Source of the DNA: Candidatus Heimdallarchaeota archaeon
GTDB taxonomy: Archaea > Asgardarchaeota > Heimdallarchaeia > Hodarchaeales > Hodarchaeaceae
Length of the DNA: 64,000 nucleotides
Direction of reading: 5' to 3'
Assembly (NCBI GenBank): GCA_020353515.1
Contig: CP070695.1
Span: forward strand, 1,077,584 to 1,141,583
Of the stretch, positions 1-10,609 are shown one piece after another. Below the pieces are notes generated by a model. The model was not told the DNA's origin and made no database searches. It saw nothing but the letters and a program-made list of their open reading frames with translations. The stretch's first letter is position 1. The number at the start of each line of letters is the position of its first letter. The translations under genes were made by a program, and so were the position numbers.

Positions 1-1973
1 TGCAATATACCCTCTTTTACAGTTAATCGATACGTATGCCACATTGAACTATTGAATGTTCCTCCATCTGCCCACGTGAACTTTTGCAGGTTGTCATAAT
101 CGACTTTCACAAAATTAGAACCAACTGACACAATAAACATATGAGTTCCATCTTGAATATAAAATCCCATTGGCCCTAGTGTTCCCACGAGATTAGCAAT
201 TAAGCGCGCACGTGCTTCTACAGTCACCCCATTAGATTGACTCACAGAGTTTTCAAGGATGTAGCACAAACTTTCATCTGTAGTGTCCTCCATTCTTAAA
301 TAATCCTCTGGCATCTTTTGAGAAGGTATCCCTAGCTTTGTATTCTCTTCTGGGTTTTTCCATTCTCCGTGGGTTGGTTCAGGATAAACATACTTCCGAA
401 GGAGCATCCAATAGAAATAACCAGCATTATTTTCCCGTTCTCGGGTACATACAATGACATTGTCCAAAGTTGTCAGAGCTGGGCCTGTGGCATTTGTATG
501 CTGGTTTAAATCAAGATTACGTACCGTAACATGTGAAGTGTTGTATAATAATTGCCAACGGTAATCTATGCCAATGGTTTCGTTGGGGATCCCGTACACT
601 GTGTTGTCTGTTCCCCCATAATAGATTCTTGCAGCTTGTTTATTAGTAGCAGTGTACTGAAAATGTTGAATAACAGCATCATTATAATCATGATAAGTTG
701 TTGGACTATCGGTCAAGCCTATGTGCATGTTTCCCAACCCAGCAATATTCGTCCTCTGTCCGTATGTTTCTAGGGCAAATTGATCATAAATCGTACCCAA
801 ATCATAATAAGCATATCCACTCAAAGATGTACACTCCCAATACATACGTCCCTCGGTAGGATTGATTGTAACGGTAGTGCCAAGATAATTCCAGTTATCT
901 GTATCGAAATCATCAAAGAATAGAAATGTCTCAGTCCCATCACTAGTGGTAGAAACCTCTGAGTTGCCATAATAAAGATAGATAATCTGAGTTGAAGAAT
1001 TGAGGTCAGCTTTGATTTCTACCCAAATGGTGGCATTCTCACCAAGATGAATCTCCTCAATCCAGTAATCCAGTTCTGTTTTCCCATCACTTGATGTAAA
1101 GCGTAGATCATCGAAATCCGTTTGACATTGACCATCAAGAAAGACATTTCCCTCAGAATCTGTTCCTGATCCATAATGAACAGTAAACCTTACCTGATAG
1201 TCTGTACTAGCTCCAGCTGCAGGGTGAATCATGTGTTCTTTTCGGTAGACCCAGTCCTGTAGTGGTTCAGGAAAGATGATTTTCGCTGAAATTGAGAGTT
1301 TTGGGTCATCATCAGTTCCGGGATAATGTTGTGAATCTTCCCACTTAATGGTTTCATATCCAGAGGAGATAGGATTGTCTTCGGAGGGAGATAATTCAAA
1401 AGTAATCCAATTGTCTGTGCCGTTTTCATACCAATATTGAATCAGGGGAAGTACATCTAGCGAGACATCAGAGTAATCAACATCAACATCGATTAAACTC
1501 GCGTTCGCGGTAGATTCATAGATCAGAGTCATATCTGCAATTGAGATATTTGCCATTGGCGTTGTTAAACTTGTATCTAGGTTTTTGAGCTTTATATCAA
1601 TATCATCGGATGTGTCCCAATAATCATTTGATTGATAATCAAGCCATAAATAAGCCTCTGTAAAATTAAGACTGGATTTAATTCGAAAATCAGTTAAATT
1701 CCAAGAGAGATAACTAATATATTCGTTGATTGAAGAAAAATATCTTGTGACTTGAATAATGTTCTCATTGGAAGGATCAGCGGTTGTACCATTATAGAAT
1801 GCTCGAAAATCATATTCATCACCAGGGATAGCTGTGAAATCCCATGTCTTAGCACCCATACCACCTTGAGAATAATTTTCTGGTAGATCAATAATGTCCT
1901 TTGGAGTGAAAGAAGTTAAAAATAGAACTATAATAAGTAAAACAAACGATGTCAGAGAAATTCTATTCCTCAT
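1..1973 (-). CDS. Secreted DUF2341-domain surface protein, runs off the window start
   Basis: Not in the ORF track because no stop lies in the window. Manual translation from ATG 1973 gives signal peptide MRNRISLTSFVLLIIVLFL, then DUF2341-like motifs DFDDLRFTSSDGKTELDYWIE, IWVEI, IYLYYGN, FLFFDDF, and a LamG-like WHTYRLTV at the edge in the same frame. Confidence 0.8.
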   Translation of the reverse strand, partial: MRNRISLTSFVLLIIVLFLTSFTPKDIIDLPENYSQGGMGAKTWDFTAIPGDEYDFRAFYNGTTADPSNENIIQVTRYFSSINEYISYLSWNLTDFRIKSSLNFTEAYLWLDYQSNDYWDTSDDIDIKLKNLDTSLTTPMANISIADMTLIYESTANASLIDVDVDYSDVSLDVLPLIQYWYENGTDNWITFELSPSEDNPISSGYETIKWEDSQHYPGTDDDPKLSISAKIIFPEPLQDWVYRKEHMIHPAAGASTDYQVRFTVHYGSGTDSEGNVFLDGQCQTDFDDLRFTSSDGKTELDYWIEEIHLGENATIWVEIKADLNSSTQIIYLYYGNSEVSTTSDGTETFLFFDDFDTDNWNYLGTTVTINPTEGRMYWECTSLSGYAYYDLGTIYDQFALETYGQRTNIAGLGNMHIGLTDSPTTYHDYNDAVIQHFQYTATNKQAARIYYGGTDNTVYGIPNETIGIDYRWQLLYNTSHVTVRNLDLNQHTNATGPALTTLDNVIVCTRERENNAGYFYWMLLRKYVYPEPTHGEWKNPEENTKLGIPSQKMPEDYLRMEDTTDESLCYILENSVSQSNGVTVEARARLIANLVGTLGPMGFYIQDGTHMFIVSVGSNFVKVDYDNLQKFTWADGGTFNSSMWHTYRLTVKEGIL

Positions 1974-2170
1974 TGTTCACCCTCATACATGGATCCAAAC
2001 CTAGTTGTAGTTTTAACATTTTCCAAAGATGATAATCTGCTTTTGATTGCAGATTGTTATTTATCATTTTAACATAATAAAAAGAGAGATATTACTGTTT
2101 AAATTTATGAGGAGTAGTGCTAAATGAGGATTGTTGTATTTCAACTCCTCTTAAAAAAATAAAGGTTTTT

Positions 2171-2998
2171 TCACATTGTGATTAAGTCCCACTTCTCTGC
2201 AATCTCATTGATAGTCCAAAGATCCTTTGTTTGCTTTTCGACTCCATTTGTTACTCGAATTTGATATTCAAATAAAGCTTGGCCATGAATTCCGATAATA
2301 CGACCAGTAATATCTCTAGCTTTATCACTAGCGAGAAAAAGGACGACTGGAGTAATCGTTTCTGGTGTCATATCTTCTCTTACTACTGGGCTTTTCATTC
2401 GAGTAATAGCCATTGGAGCAATGCAATTTACCGTAATATTGTAACGATTGAGCTCAATGGCAGCATTTAACGTGAATCCAACAATTCCTGCTTTGGCTGC
2501 ACCATAATTAGTTTGGCCAAAATTGCCTTTGAGTCCAGTAAATGACGTTGTATTAATTATACTACCCCCCGTCCCTTGTTCCCTCATAATGCTTGCAGCT
2601 GCCTGAGTACAGGAAAATGTTCCTTTCAGATGTACATTTATAACAGAATCCCACATATCTTCCTCCATCTTCAACAATGTCTTGTCTCGAAGAATACCTG
2701 CATTATTGACCAAGACATCAATTCGTCCATAATTATCCAAGGCAGAATTAATGATGTTTTGACCTCCATTCATTGAGGCTACATCATCATAGTTCGCTAT
2801 AGCTTCCCCTCCTTCTGTCGTTATCTTTTTTACCACTTGATCTGCTATAGAAGTTGAAACACCCGAACCATTGAGTGAAGTACCCAAATCATTTACCACT
2901 ACTTTTGCACCTTCTCGTGAGAATCTTAGTGCGTGGGCACGACCAATTCCCCTACCTGCACCTGTGATTACCACCACTCGACCATTTAAAAGTCCCAA
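2171..2998 (-). CDS. Short-chain dehydrogenase/reductase (3-hydroxyacyl-CoA dehydrogenase, MFE-2-like)
   Basis: TGAGRGIG, VVNDLG, NNAGILRD, GNFGQTNYGAAK (YxxxK). Confidence 0.92.
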   Translation of the reverse strand: MGLLNGRVVVITGAGRGIGRAHALRFSREGAKVVVNDLGTSLNGSGVSTSIADQVVKKITTEGGEAIANYDDVASMNGGQNIINSALDNYGRIDVLVNNAGILRDKTLLKMEEDMWDSVINVHLKGTFSCTQAAASIMREQGTGGSIINTTSFTGLKGNFGQTNYGAAKAGIVGFTLNAAIELNRYNITVNCIAPMAITRMKSPVVREDMTPETITPVVLFLASDKARDITGRIIGIHGQALFEYQIRVTNGVEKQTKDLWTINEIAEKWDLITM

Positions 2999-3210
2999 TA
3001 TTACTCCACCTTGTAGTCTTCAATCAAAATTTCCAGAGAACGACAATTTTGATTTAAAAACATCATCCTTTAACAAGTTTTTGTTTCCTATCTAGAGTCC
3101 TAGATGTTATCAGGTTATTTATTGTTAATCGGGTAATTAAATCCTTAGAAAACATTCTTATTGTTACCAAAGAAGTGGTTGAACAGATAATTACATAGGT
3201 TGGTAGTTCT

Positions 3211-4217
3211 ATGGCCACTCTTCACTTTGAAGCTTTTTTCCCATTTATTACAACAATAATTTCCCTCCTGTTTTTTCTTAGTGTCACTGAACAATACTTT
3301 AGAAAACGGAAACCTCACCAGCTTGTCTGGGCAATCTCTATGTTATTATTCACAATTACCGCTGGTTTTGAAGGACTAAGTTTATTGTTGGGGTATTGGG
3401 ATCCTTTGATATACAAAACGTATTATGTTCTAGCTGCTGTCCAAGTCGCGATTATGGGTGGTGGTGCATTATACTTATTTGCCAGTAGGAACATTATAAA
3501 CGAAAAAAATTCAGGAAAAGCGTTTATATTATTCGGGAGTGTATGGACTTTCTTTTCTTTTCTTTTCTTTTCCTGTTCCGAGCAGTAATTTTCCTGTGGA
3601 TATTTGTTCCAGCTCTTATAATAACCCTAGGAGGGGTATTATATTGGTTTCAAATTCGATTCCGAGATTCAGAGAAGGCATTTAAGATTTCTGGATTATA
3701 TTTCAGTCATATTTTCATTTTATTCACATTATATATTTTCGTGTTCATGTCAATCACCGCCCTACAAGCTGCTCTTGATGTAGGGTTTTTACTCAATAGT
3801 GGAGGCCAGGAAGTTGCTGGCCATGGATGGATCAACGATCTACCAGGCTTACGAGCCACAATACGATTATTTTCTCCTCTGAATACCATTCCTGGAAGCA
3901 TTGCTCTCATCGGAGGAGCGTTTTATTCTTATATTACATGGCAATGGGCTATTTACAAGAAGTCTGGAAGCATTAGTCCTACGAAAGGTGTTTTTAACAT
4001 CTATATTGGTGTTGGAGCTCTCGCTTTGAGCATTGCAGGAACATTATCAGGTTTTGGTTTTGGAGTACTCTATCTAGGGGAAGCAGTCTCTGTCGCATTA
4101 ATGTATTTTGGGTTTTTAGAATCTGACAAGATTACAATGAAAAAATTAGTAAACATCTTGACACTGGGCTGGCTTAGACATCCTAAACCTCAAGAGATAC
4201 CAATGGAGTCAATCTAA
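3211..4217 (+). pseudogene. Polytopic membrane protein split into two ORFs (3211-3588, 3543-4217) by a frameshift in a (CTTTT)4 repeat
   Basis: Both ORFs are hydrophobic and overlap at the repeat; removing one 5-bp unit joins them in frame. Confidence 0.75.
3552..3571 (+). repeat. Simple sequence repeat (CTTTT)x4
   Basis: Read directly from the sequence. Confidence 0.95.
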
Positions 4218-4246
4218 AGGAATTTAATAAACCCCTTCCACCATCC

Positions 4247-4264
4247 TTACTCTATATAGAGTAA
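4247..4264. repeat. Perfect 18-bp palindrome TTACTCTATATAGAGTAA
   Basis: Self reverse-complementary, intergenic. Confidence 0.9.
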
Positions 4265-4318
4265 CGATTACCATCTCTTTCTATCATAAACTCTCTGAAG
4301 AACTTATTTTTATATATA

Positions 4319-4334
4319 CCCGTCGTAAGACGGG
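4319..4334. repeat. GC-rich hairpin CCCGTC-GTAA-GACGGG next to a TATA-like run
   Basis: 6-bp perfect stem with a GNRA-type loop. Confidence 0.85.
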
Positions 4335-4406
4335 AGAATCTTATTATCCTAGGAGTGTCTAAATCTAATTGAAATATGTATAAACCGAAAAAATTTGGTG
4401 ATTCAT

Positions 4407-4901
4407 ATGTTTGATAAACAAGATTATCTAGATGAGATAACAACATTACTAGAGATAATACCAGAGCATGAAAAAGGGATAATTAATGAGTATATAAAAA
4501 ACGAATTGTATACTGTTTTAAAAATATTGGGATTCATTGATGAGAGCTTAGAAAGAGATCCAAGTCTTTTTTCCTTATACATACGAGACGTAAAAAAAGC
4601 AATTCAAGAACCAGATTGTGAAATATTTAATTTCCTCCCTCCACGAGAAAAAAAGATAGTTTTAAAATACATGCAAAAAGAAAAATGTTCATTCTTGTTA
4701 GCTATAAAATTGTGGTATACAAATTATCTTGGATATCCCTCGGATATCTTAAAGAGTGGATCTTACGAATTTCAAAAATTCTTAGAAGAGCTTAAAAAAG
4801 GGTATATCGAATGGATCAAAGGTCAGAAGTGGATTCACAACCCAGAACGACTTATTAATTCTATAAAAATGGAATTTTCTCGAATTAGTAAGAAACCCTA
4901 A
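4407..4901 (+). CDS. Hypothetical protein
   Basis: 164-codon ORF from ATG 4407 after GGTGA; very A-rich; no recognisable motif. Confidence 0.7.
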   Translation: MFDKQDYLDEITTLLEIIPEHEKGIINEYIKNELYTVLKILGFIDESLERDPSLFSLYIRDVKKAIQEPDCEIFNFLPPREKKIVLKYMQKEKCSFLLAIKLWYTNYLGYPSDILKSGSYEFQKFLEELKKGYIEWIKGQKWIHNPERLINSIKMEFSRISKKP

Positions 4902-5557
4902 GACTCGGTCTGATCTAGATGAGCTTCAATAAGTGCAAGTGTCTCGCGGAGTAAAGAAAGGACGGGGGCTGCTGTCTCTGATTCTAAAAGCTGTGCGATT
5001 TCTTTTTTTAATTGTAGATCCCCTTTCAACATTCCTAAGGCCACCACCGCTCCTCCTCGGACTGTTGGGGAAGAATCCTCTTGAGCAAGTCTTAGAAGGG
5101 GGTCTTTAGCTTGATATATCTTTAATCGACCTAAAGTTCGAGCACAGCGATCTCGAATCTCATCCGAATCCGATGAGTGAAGAAAATTCATCATCTTCTT
5201 TATAACGTCTTCTGGAGGCCTAATTCCAATGTAACCAAATGCAGAGATAGTATTACTTCGAACAGATTGACTGGAATCATCCAAAAGAGGCTCGAGCAAG
5301 GGGATGGCAACTTCTCCCTCTAGGAAAGCCAAGGCTATGGCTGCTTCTTTTCGTATTTCTTCATTAGAGTCTAGCAATGCCTCTTCCAGTTTGATGTGTA
5401 AATTCATTGGAAAGTCTTCGATTTGAATCTCCATTTGTCCTAATCGCTTGATACAAGCTACTCTTTCTTGGGGATCCTGGGAATCGAATTCTTTGAGGAT
5501 TTTGTTTAGTGTGTGATTCGGATCATCAGTAACCTTGAAATTCAAGTTCATCACCAC
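4898..5557 (-). CDS. HEAT-repeat (PBS lyase-like) protein
   Basis: Repeated LxDxxxxVRxxAxxALG units. Confidence 0.88.
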   Translation of the reverse strand: MVMNLNFKVTDDPNHTLNKILKEFDSQDPQERVACIKRLGQMEIQIEDFPMNLHIKLEEALLDSNEEIRKEAAIALAFLEGEVAIPLLEPLLDDSSQSVRSNTISAFGYIGIRPPEDVIKKMMNFLHSSDSDEIRDRCARTLGRLKIYQAKDPLLRLAQEDSSPTVRGGAVVALGMLKGDLQLKKEIAQLLESETAAPVLSLLRETLALIEAHLDQTES

Positions 5558-5730
5558 CTAAAATGAAGACCTTTCTCCTTCCCTCCGTTAAAAAATCCTT
5601 TCCTATGTGCAATTCTTTCAGTGAATTGTCATTCTCATTGATGCCAGAATAATTAGCTTTATTATCTTAGATTTCAGTTTCATTTGATTGTTCTTTCTAA
5701 GTTTATTGAAGAAGAAGGAGTAAAATCAAA

Positions 5731-6498
5731 TTGGGTAAAGAAGAGCCTTTCCAGTCAGAACTATTAGCTGAAGATATTCTTTTCTTCCCTGGACACGCAA
5801 ATACTGTTGCACTGAAACTAGAACAGAAAGCGATTATCATAGATGTCGGAAGGAATATCCATGAGGCGAGAAAAATTCGTAATACAGTGGAAACCAATTT
5901 TAAAACAACGGTTGATACAGTAATTCTCACACATTTCCATAGTGATCACACCCACAGTTTGCCTTTGTATTCTGACTGTGAGATCATTGCTTCTCGGCTA
6001 GTGGAAAAATTCCTTATTGGAGCTAAACGTAAAAACCTAAAAGTTCCTAAGGCTGCTTTTGAACGCGAATACATTGTGGAGGATGGGTCCTTCAAAGTAA
6101 CAGTTAAGCAAACAGGAGGGCATACCCCTGATTCTTGTTATGTATTTTCACCAAAGCACAAGCTCCTCATGGCAGGAGATAATCTACGAACCGATTTTTT
6201 GTGGGGTGGAAGACAAAGTAATCCTGAGGAATGGATTTCAGCGTTACAGGAATATATAACATTTGATGTTGATTACATCATCCCAGGTCATGGGAAAATA
6301 ATGACTAAAGAGGAAGTTAGTGCGATCGCACAGTATACTATTGAACTTCAGGATTTCATCCGCCAACTTCTTAAAGAGGGGACGAAAGAAAATGAGATTG
6401 TTGCACGTGTAAACACAGAAAAACCTCCAAGGAAAACTCCAGTCTATATCCATGAGAGTACATTAATTAAATGGTATAAATTCTGGAAAAAATTCTGA
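5731..6498 (+). CDS. MBL-fold metallo-hydrolase
   Basis: THFHSDH, GGHTPD, AGD, IPGHG. Confidence 0.92.
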   Translation: MGKEEPFQSELLAEDILFFPGHANTVALKLEQKAIIIDVGRNIHEARKIRNTVETNFKTTVDTVILTHFHSDHTHSLPLYSDCEIIASRLVEKFLIGAKRKNLKVPKAAFEREYIVEDGSFKVTVKQTGGHTPDSCYVFSPKHKLLMAGDNLRTDFLWGGRQSNPEEWISALQEYITFDVDYIIPGHGKIMTKEEVSAIAQYTIELQDFIRQLLKEGTKENEIVARVNTEKPPRKTPVYIHESTLIKWYKFWKKF

Positions 6499-6535
6499 TG
6501 CCTTATCACAATGACTTAAAAATGTAATTCTCATA

Positions 6536-6826
6536 TTATGGTATTTTTTTCAGGAGGGTAAATTTCCCATCAATAACTCTGAGCACATACGTCCGTTTCT
6601 TTAGTCCCCAGAGGATTTGATGTCCTTCTTGTGCTAACTTGGCATGACGGGAATCCTTCTGAGGATTTTGTTCGATAAACCAAATGTCTGAGTACGTCAC
6701 ATTCCGTAAACCTGACTTAGTTCGATGAATAGGATAAAAAAGTCCTTCAATTTCAACACCATGCTGCTTAGTAAAAATAGCTTCAGAGATCCTTAGTGAT
6801 GCTTCTCTCAGTTTCTCAATATCCAT
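6536..6826 (-). CDS. Hypothetical protein
   Basis: 96-aa ORF with ATG and globular-looking composition. Confidence 0.65.
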   Translation of the reverse strand: MDIEKLREASLRISEAIFTKQHGVEIEGLFYPIHRTKSGLRNVTYSDIWFIEQNPQKDSRHAKLAQEGHQILWGLKKRTYVLRVIDGKFTLLKKIP

Positions 6827-7690
6827 TGGCTTACCTTCTGGTTCTATTTTTAGTCTTTTTTGATCCAGTCAACACAAGGAGTAAAAAGAAAAGTTGAGCT
6901 TTGATATAACTTTTCTCAAAATAAGAGATTAGTGTATTGAATATAAAAGGTATGCTTAGAATCAGGAGTGAGGTGTATTGTGTGTTGGTTCACCCACCAG
7001 ACAAGCTACAAACCACTCTTGACTACTTGAATTACTCAGGGATTGTCTTCTGTCGGGATAATAAGCAAGTTTACTCAAAGAAAAAGTCTGATAAGACTCA
7101 AAATATATCTAATGCTCCTATAGTGGAGAAATCAGTCAGATAGATCGAAAAAAACCAAAAAATGTCTTCTTTACACTACTACTATCACTAATGACGAATA
7201 CAAGACCCTTGGGAGGAAAAATTATCTCCACCTGTAAACCATTCTTCACAGAGATTACAATCATATAACAATACTGGCGGTTAATCTCTTGAAACCTTTC
7301 CCTCTCTAGATTGACCGTTGTTCTATAAACTGTTCTATCATTTCTAAAATCTTATCTTTGACTTCTTTAGGAATATCTGGAGTGATAATTTCAAATAGAA
7401 GTCGTTCGTCTTCTAGTGTCTCAACTTGAAGCATACCGCATCACACTGAAATGAATTTACGAATAACGTACCAACCCCATGCATACACATATTAAAATAT
7501 GAGTGATAACGAGGGAATACGCGTCGAGTAAAAATGATATATCTATTGGAATAAATCCAAAAAAATATCCTAGATGGATCTATTACCACTTCTTTATACG
7601 ATGAATTTTTGAGCTTCGGGGTCACAATATGAGTACGGAGGAAAAAAGAATTGTTAGAGGATTTTCTATCTCGAATCTAACATCATATCG

Positions 7691-8455
7691 TTAGTGGAGT
7701 TTGATATGATAGAAATACCGACGACTTTCCCCTTTTATAATTCGTAATAAGAGTTTCTCACTGTGTTTAATTATCCTCTCGTAAAGGTTATATTGATTGG
7801 ACTTGAACTTAGGTTCTAGTTCTTTAGCAACTGAGATTTTTTTTTCGAGTAAAAGGAGCTCATTTTCTGTATAATCCCAGGTTTTAAACTTTAAACCTTG
7901 GTTTTTTAGAGCTAGAGCTACAGCTGTCATCTGGGGGTGTAGATCATCCCTTTCAAGACTATATTCCGTGTGAAAAATACCCATCTGTCCATCTGGCTTT
8001 AAAAATTTCACTAATTTACAAAATACAGTATGTAAGTCATCTATAAAGTCCCCATAAAGGGAATCAATAGCAATAACACAACTAAATGACTCTAAAGGAA
8101 ATGATAAGTCATTGATATCGGCCTCAGTAAAGTTTAATCGATTAATCTTTCTCTTAGTTCGATTCTGAGCACGAATAATTGCATCTGTCGCAAAATCAAC
8201 TCCAGTTATGTTTGACTGTGTTATATCAGAAATATTTTCAGTAATTTTCCCTAAACCACATCCTAAATCTAACACATGATCATTTTCAGTTAATCGCAAT
8301 TGGACAAGTAACCTATCAAATTGTGGCTCATCCATTCTATTCATTTGAGTTAGATCTCTTCCATACACCTTAGTACAAAAGAGAGAAAATACAGCACTGT
8401 CATCTAAGCTTACTAGGAATTTCCCCATCTCCTTTCCTTTCGATTCAGGAGACAA
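7691..8455 (-). CDS. Class I SAM-dependent methyltransferase
   Basis: VLDLGCGLG, TGVDF, LKPDG. Confidence 0.9.
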   Translation of the reverse strand: MSPESKGKEMGKFLVSLDDSAVFSLFCTKVYGRDLTQMNRMDEPQFDRLLVQLRLTENDHVLDLGCGLGKITENISDITQSNITGVDFATDAIIRAQNRTKRKINRLNFTEADINDLSFPLESFSCVIAIDSLYGDFIDDLHTVFCKLVKFLKPDGQMGIFHTEYSLERDDLHPQMTAVALALKNQGLKFKTWDYTENELLLLEKKISVAKELEPKFKSNQYNLYERIIKHSEKLLLRIIKGESRRYFYHIKLH

Positions 8456-8517
8456 TTAATTTTACATCCTGTCTTGGGATTTTAAATTTGAGAAATCTTA
8501 GAAAGACCTAATAGGTA

Positions 8518-10296
8518 TTATTTTTTCTTTCTAGAACGTAAGATCGCGATTAGTGGTAAGATAATTAGCACTGAGCTCAGTATAAGTCCTGAAGTACCGT
8601 TAGGGATGCTAGAGCTTGATGTTTCTATACTACTACTCAATGTGTTAGTTTGGGTGCTTTGATGGCCAATCATAAGCTTTTGGTATCCTGTGTACTCGTT
8701 ACCAACCATGATATTCAAACTCCCATCAGTAATGGTGTGAGGAAGGTCAAATTCAATGGTTGTACTATATTTGTATTCAGGAACAATCGCAATTGTGTGC
8801 ACAGGTACCCCATTCCGAGTCAACATGTTGTAATTTTCATCTGTTACTTCGACTACCGAAAGTGTACTAAGAAATGGACTTAAATTTTCGATATCTACCT
8901 CTAATGTGACAACATCTCCCGCATCAAATCCAGAAAAGACAGTAGATTTGACCGTGACTTCTAATCTAGGAGTAATTTCCATCCAATAGTCAAAAGCTGG
9001 GCTAATGTCTTCCCACAGGCTATCGAAGTTCTTTGCTGATTCTTCAGGGGCAAAATGCTCATACATGCCAGTCCAGTTCCAAACCTGATGCGTATCATTC
9101 TCCTCAAGAAGGAAATAGCATTCATTTTCTCGCAGAGCACTTTCGTTATGGTAGATTTCGAATGTCATGGGAACCTCGCATCCTGCTTCCTCATACATCC
9201 AAAGTGACCACTCTCCAGCAGTAGAGGTGGTGATATGAGTATTAACAGAATTCCCTCTCCAAGGGAGAAATCGATTGGGAAGGATCACCCTCAAATAGGT
9301 ATATAGTTCAGAGTATAGAACAGGTTCGAGATAGTAATTATTTGCAGAAACTGGGAAATACGTTTCATTTATCCCACTATGGAGAGAGATAGCTGCTGCA
9401 AATTTGTGCTGCAGGACAAAATCACGTAATGCTGCTGTTTCTGGTTCACTGAAAGGAGCCGTACCTGGATAAGTTTCTGATGTGGTATCAGAATCCCAAC
9501 CTGAGGTAAAGGAAGAGTCATTCCAGTAACTATCATAATTCCTATTCAGATCAGTAAATCCTACAACGTCTTCGTTAACAAGGCCATCCTCATCATTGTC
9601 TTTTCCCTCTGTAATAGTCTTTACTGGCCAGGCTGTGAAACCTGAATCAAATAAATCCCAGGTTGGAGAAGGTTTCTCATAGTATTCAATACCATATATT
9701 TTACCATCCCCGTTGAGATCATCAAGAGGATCTTCATCCAATAGTCCATCCCCGTCGTCATCATGCCGTCGTGCATTCTTTCGGATCCATTCATTCCCCC
9801 CATCAACCACGATATCATTACCATCTGGATTCAGGGTCGGAATGATATAAATCTCCTCTGAATCAACATAATGTGTAATCTTTTCATCTTCACCATACTC
9901 ATTTAATAACCGAAGAATAAATCTCAATGTTGCCTCAATTGTAATTTGCTCTCGAGCATGGTGCTGGGTGACGAAGAACACTCCAGCTTTTTGAACGGTA
10001 TTCGCTTCATTGGTAATCCTAACTAATTGGATGTCGTTTCCCAATACACTTTGACCGATCACAGACACATCAACCAACTCGGGCACGGAAGCTTCGAAAT
10101 TGGCGATTTCTTCTATTATCTCGGTACTATTATGGAATTGATCGGGATATAGTAATGATAAATCATCCCATGTACGGTCTACTGACTGAATCGCTTTGAC
10201 GTGAAAAGCTAGAGGTTCCGCTTGGGAGGGCTGAGGAACTAATAGTGTAAATCCTAAGAAAATTATACAAAGAATTATTCTTCGATTCAAAGTCAA
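8518..10296 (-). CDS. Secreted, C-terminally anchored M14 zinc carboxypeptidase
   Basis: Signal peptide, HHARE, LNPDG, RKNAR, DLNRNY, FSEPET, SLHSG, DxDxDG repeats, TM plus RKKK tail. Confidence 0.92.
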   Translation of the reverse strand: MTLNRRIILCIIFLGFTLLVPQPSQAEPLAFHVKAIQSVDRTWDDLSLLYPDQFHNSTEIIEEIANFEASVPELVDVSVIGQSVLGNDIQLVRITNEANTVQKAGVFFVTQHHAREQITIEATLRFILRLLNEYGEDEKITHYVDSEEIYIIPTLNPDGNDIVVDGGNEWIRKNARRHDDDGDGLLDEDPLDDLNGDGKIYGIEYYEKPSPTWDLFDSGFTAWPVKTITEGKDNDEDGLVNEDVVGFTDLNRNYDSYWNDSSFTSGWDSDTTSETYPGTAPFSEPETAALRDFVLQHKFAAAISLHSGINETYFPVSANNYYLEPVLYSELYTYLRVILPNRFLPWRGNSVNTHITTSTAGEWSLWMYEEAGCEVPMTFEIYHNESALRENECYFLLEENDTHQVWNWTGMYEHFAPEESAKNFDSLWEDISPAFDYWMEITPRLEVTVKSTVFSGFDAGDVVTLEVDIENLSPFLSTLSVVEVTDENYNMLTRNGVPVHTIAIVPEYKYSTTIEFDLPHTITDGSLNIMVGNEYTGYQKLMIGHQSTQTNTLSSSIETSSSSIPNGTSGLILSSVLIILPLIAILRSRKKK

Positions 10297-10609
10297 AGAT
10301 ACACCTCAGATCGAAGGAATTAAGATCGTGATTTAAGTACTCGATGATAGATGCATTCCATTGTAGGTCTTTTGCAATAATGCGTCAATTAATACCCAGA
10401 AATGAGATATTTTCAAGGAAAAAGATAATCAAAGAAAAAGAATAGATCACAAAAACTATAATAACTTGAGAATTTACTTTTTTCTTTTGTTGTGAAACAT
10501 GAATGGATGCTGAAGTTAAGTGTGAGAATTGCAGGGAAAAAATTGGTTCAGGCCTAGGATCTAGCTTAATACCTTTAATATCCTTATCAAGCTTCAAGAA
10601 AAATGGAAG

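Noticed and set aside
552-1891. Small ORFs at 552, 1229 and 1694, and similar antisense or nested ORFs throughout the track
   Set aside because: They are shadow ORFs overlapping longer, motif-supported genes.
6937-7625. Short ORFs (6937-7143 +, 7306-7434 -, 7413-7625 -)
   Set aside because: Short and without motifs. The first has a GAGGTG RBS and TATA and may be real, but the support is too thin to call.
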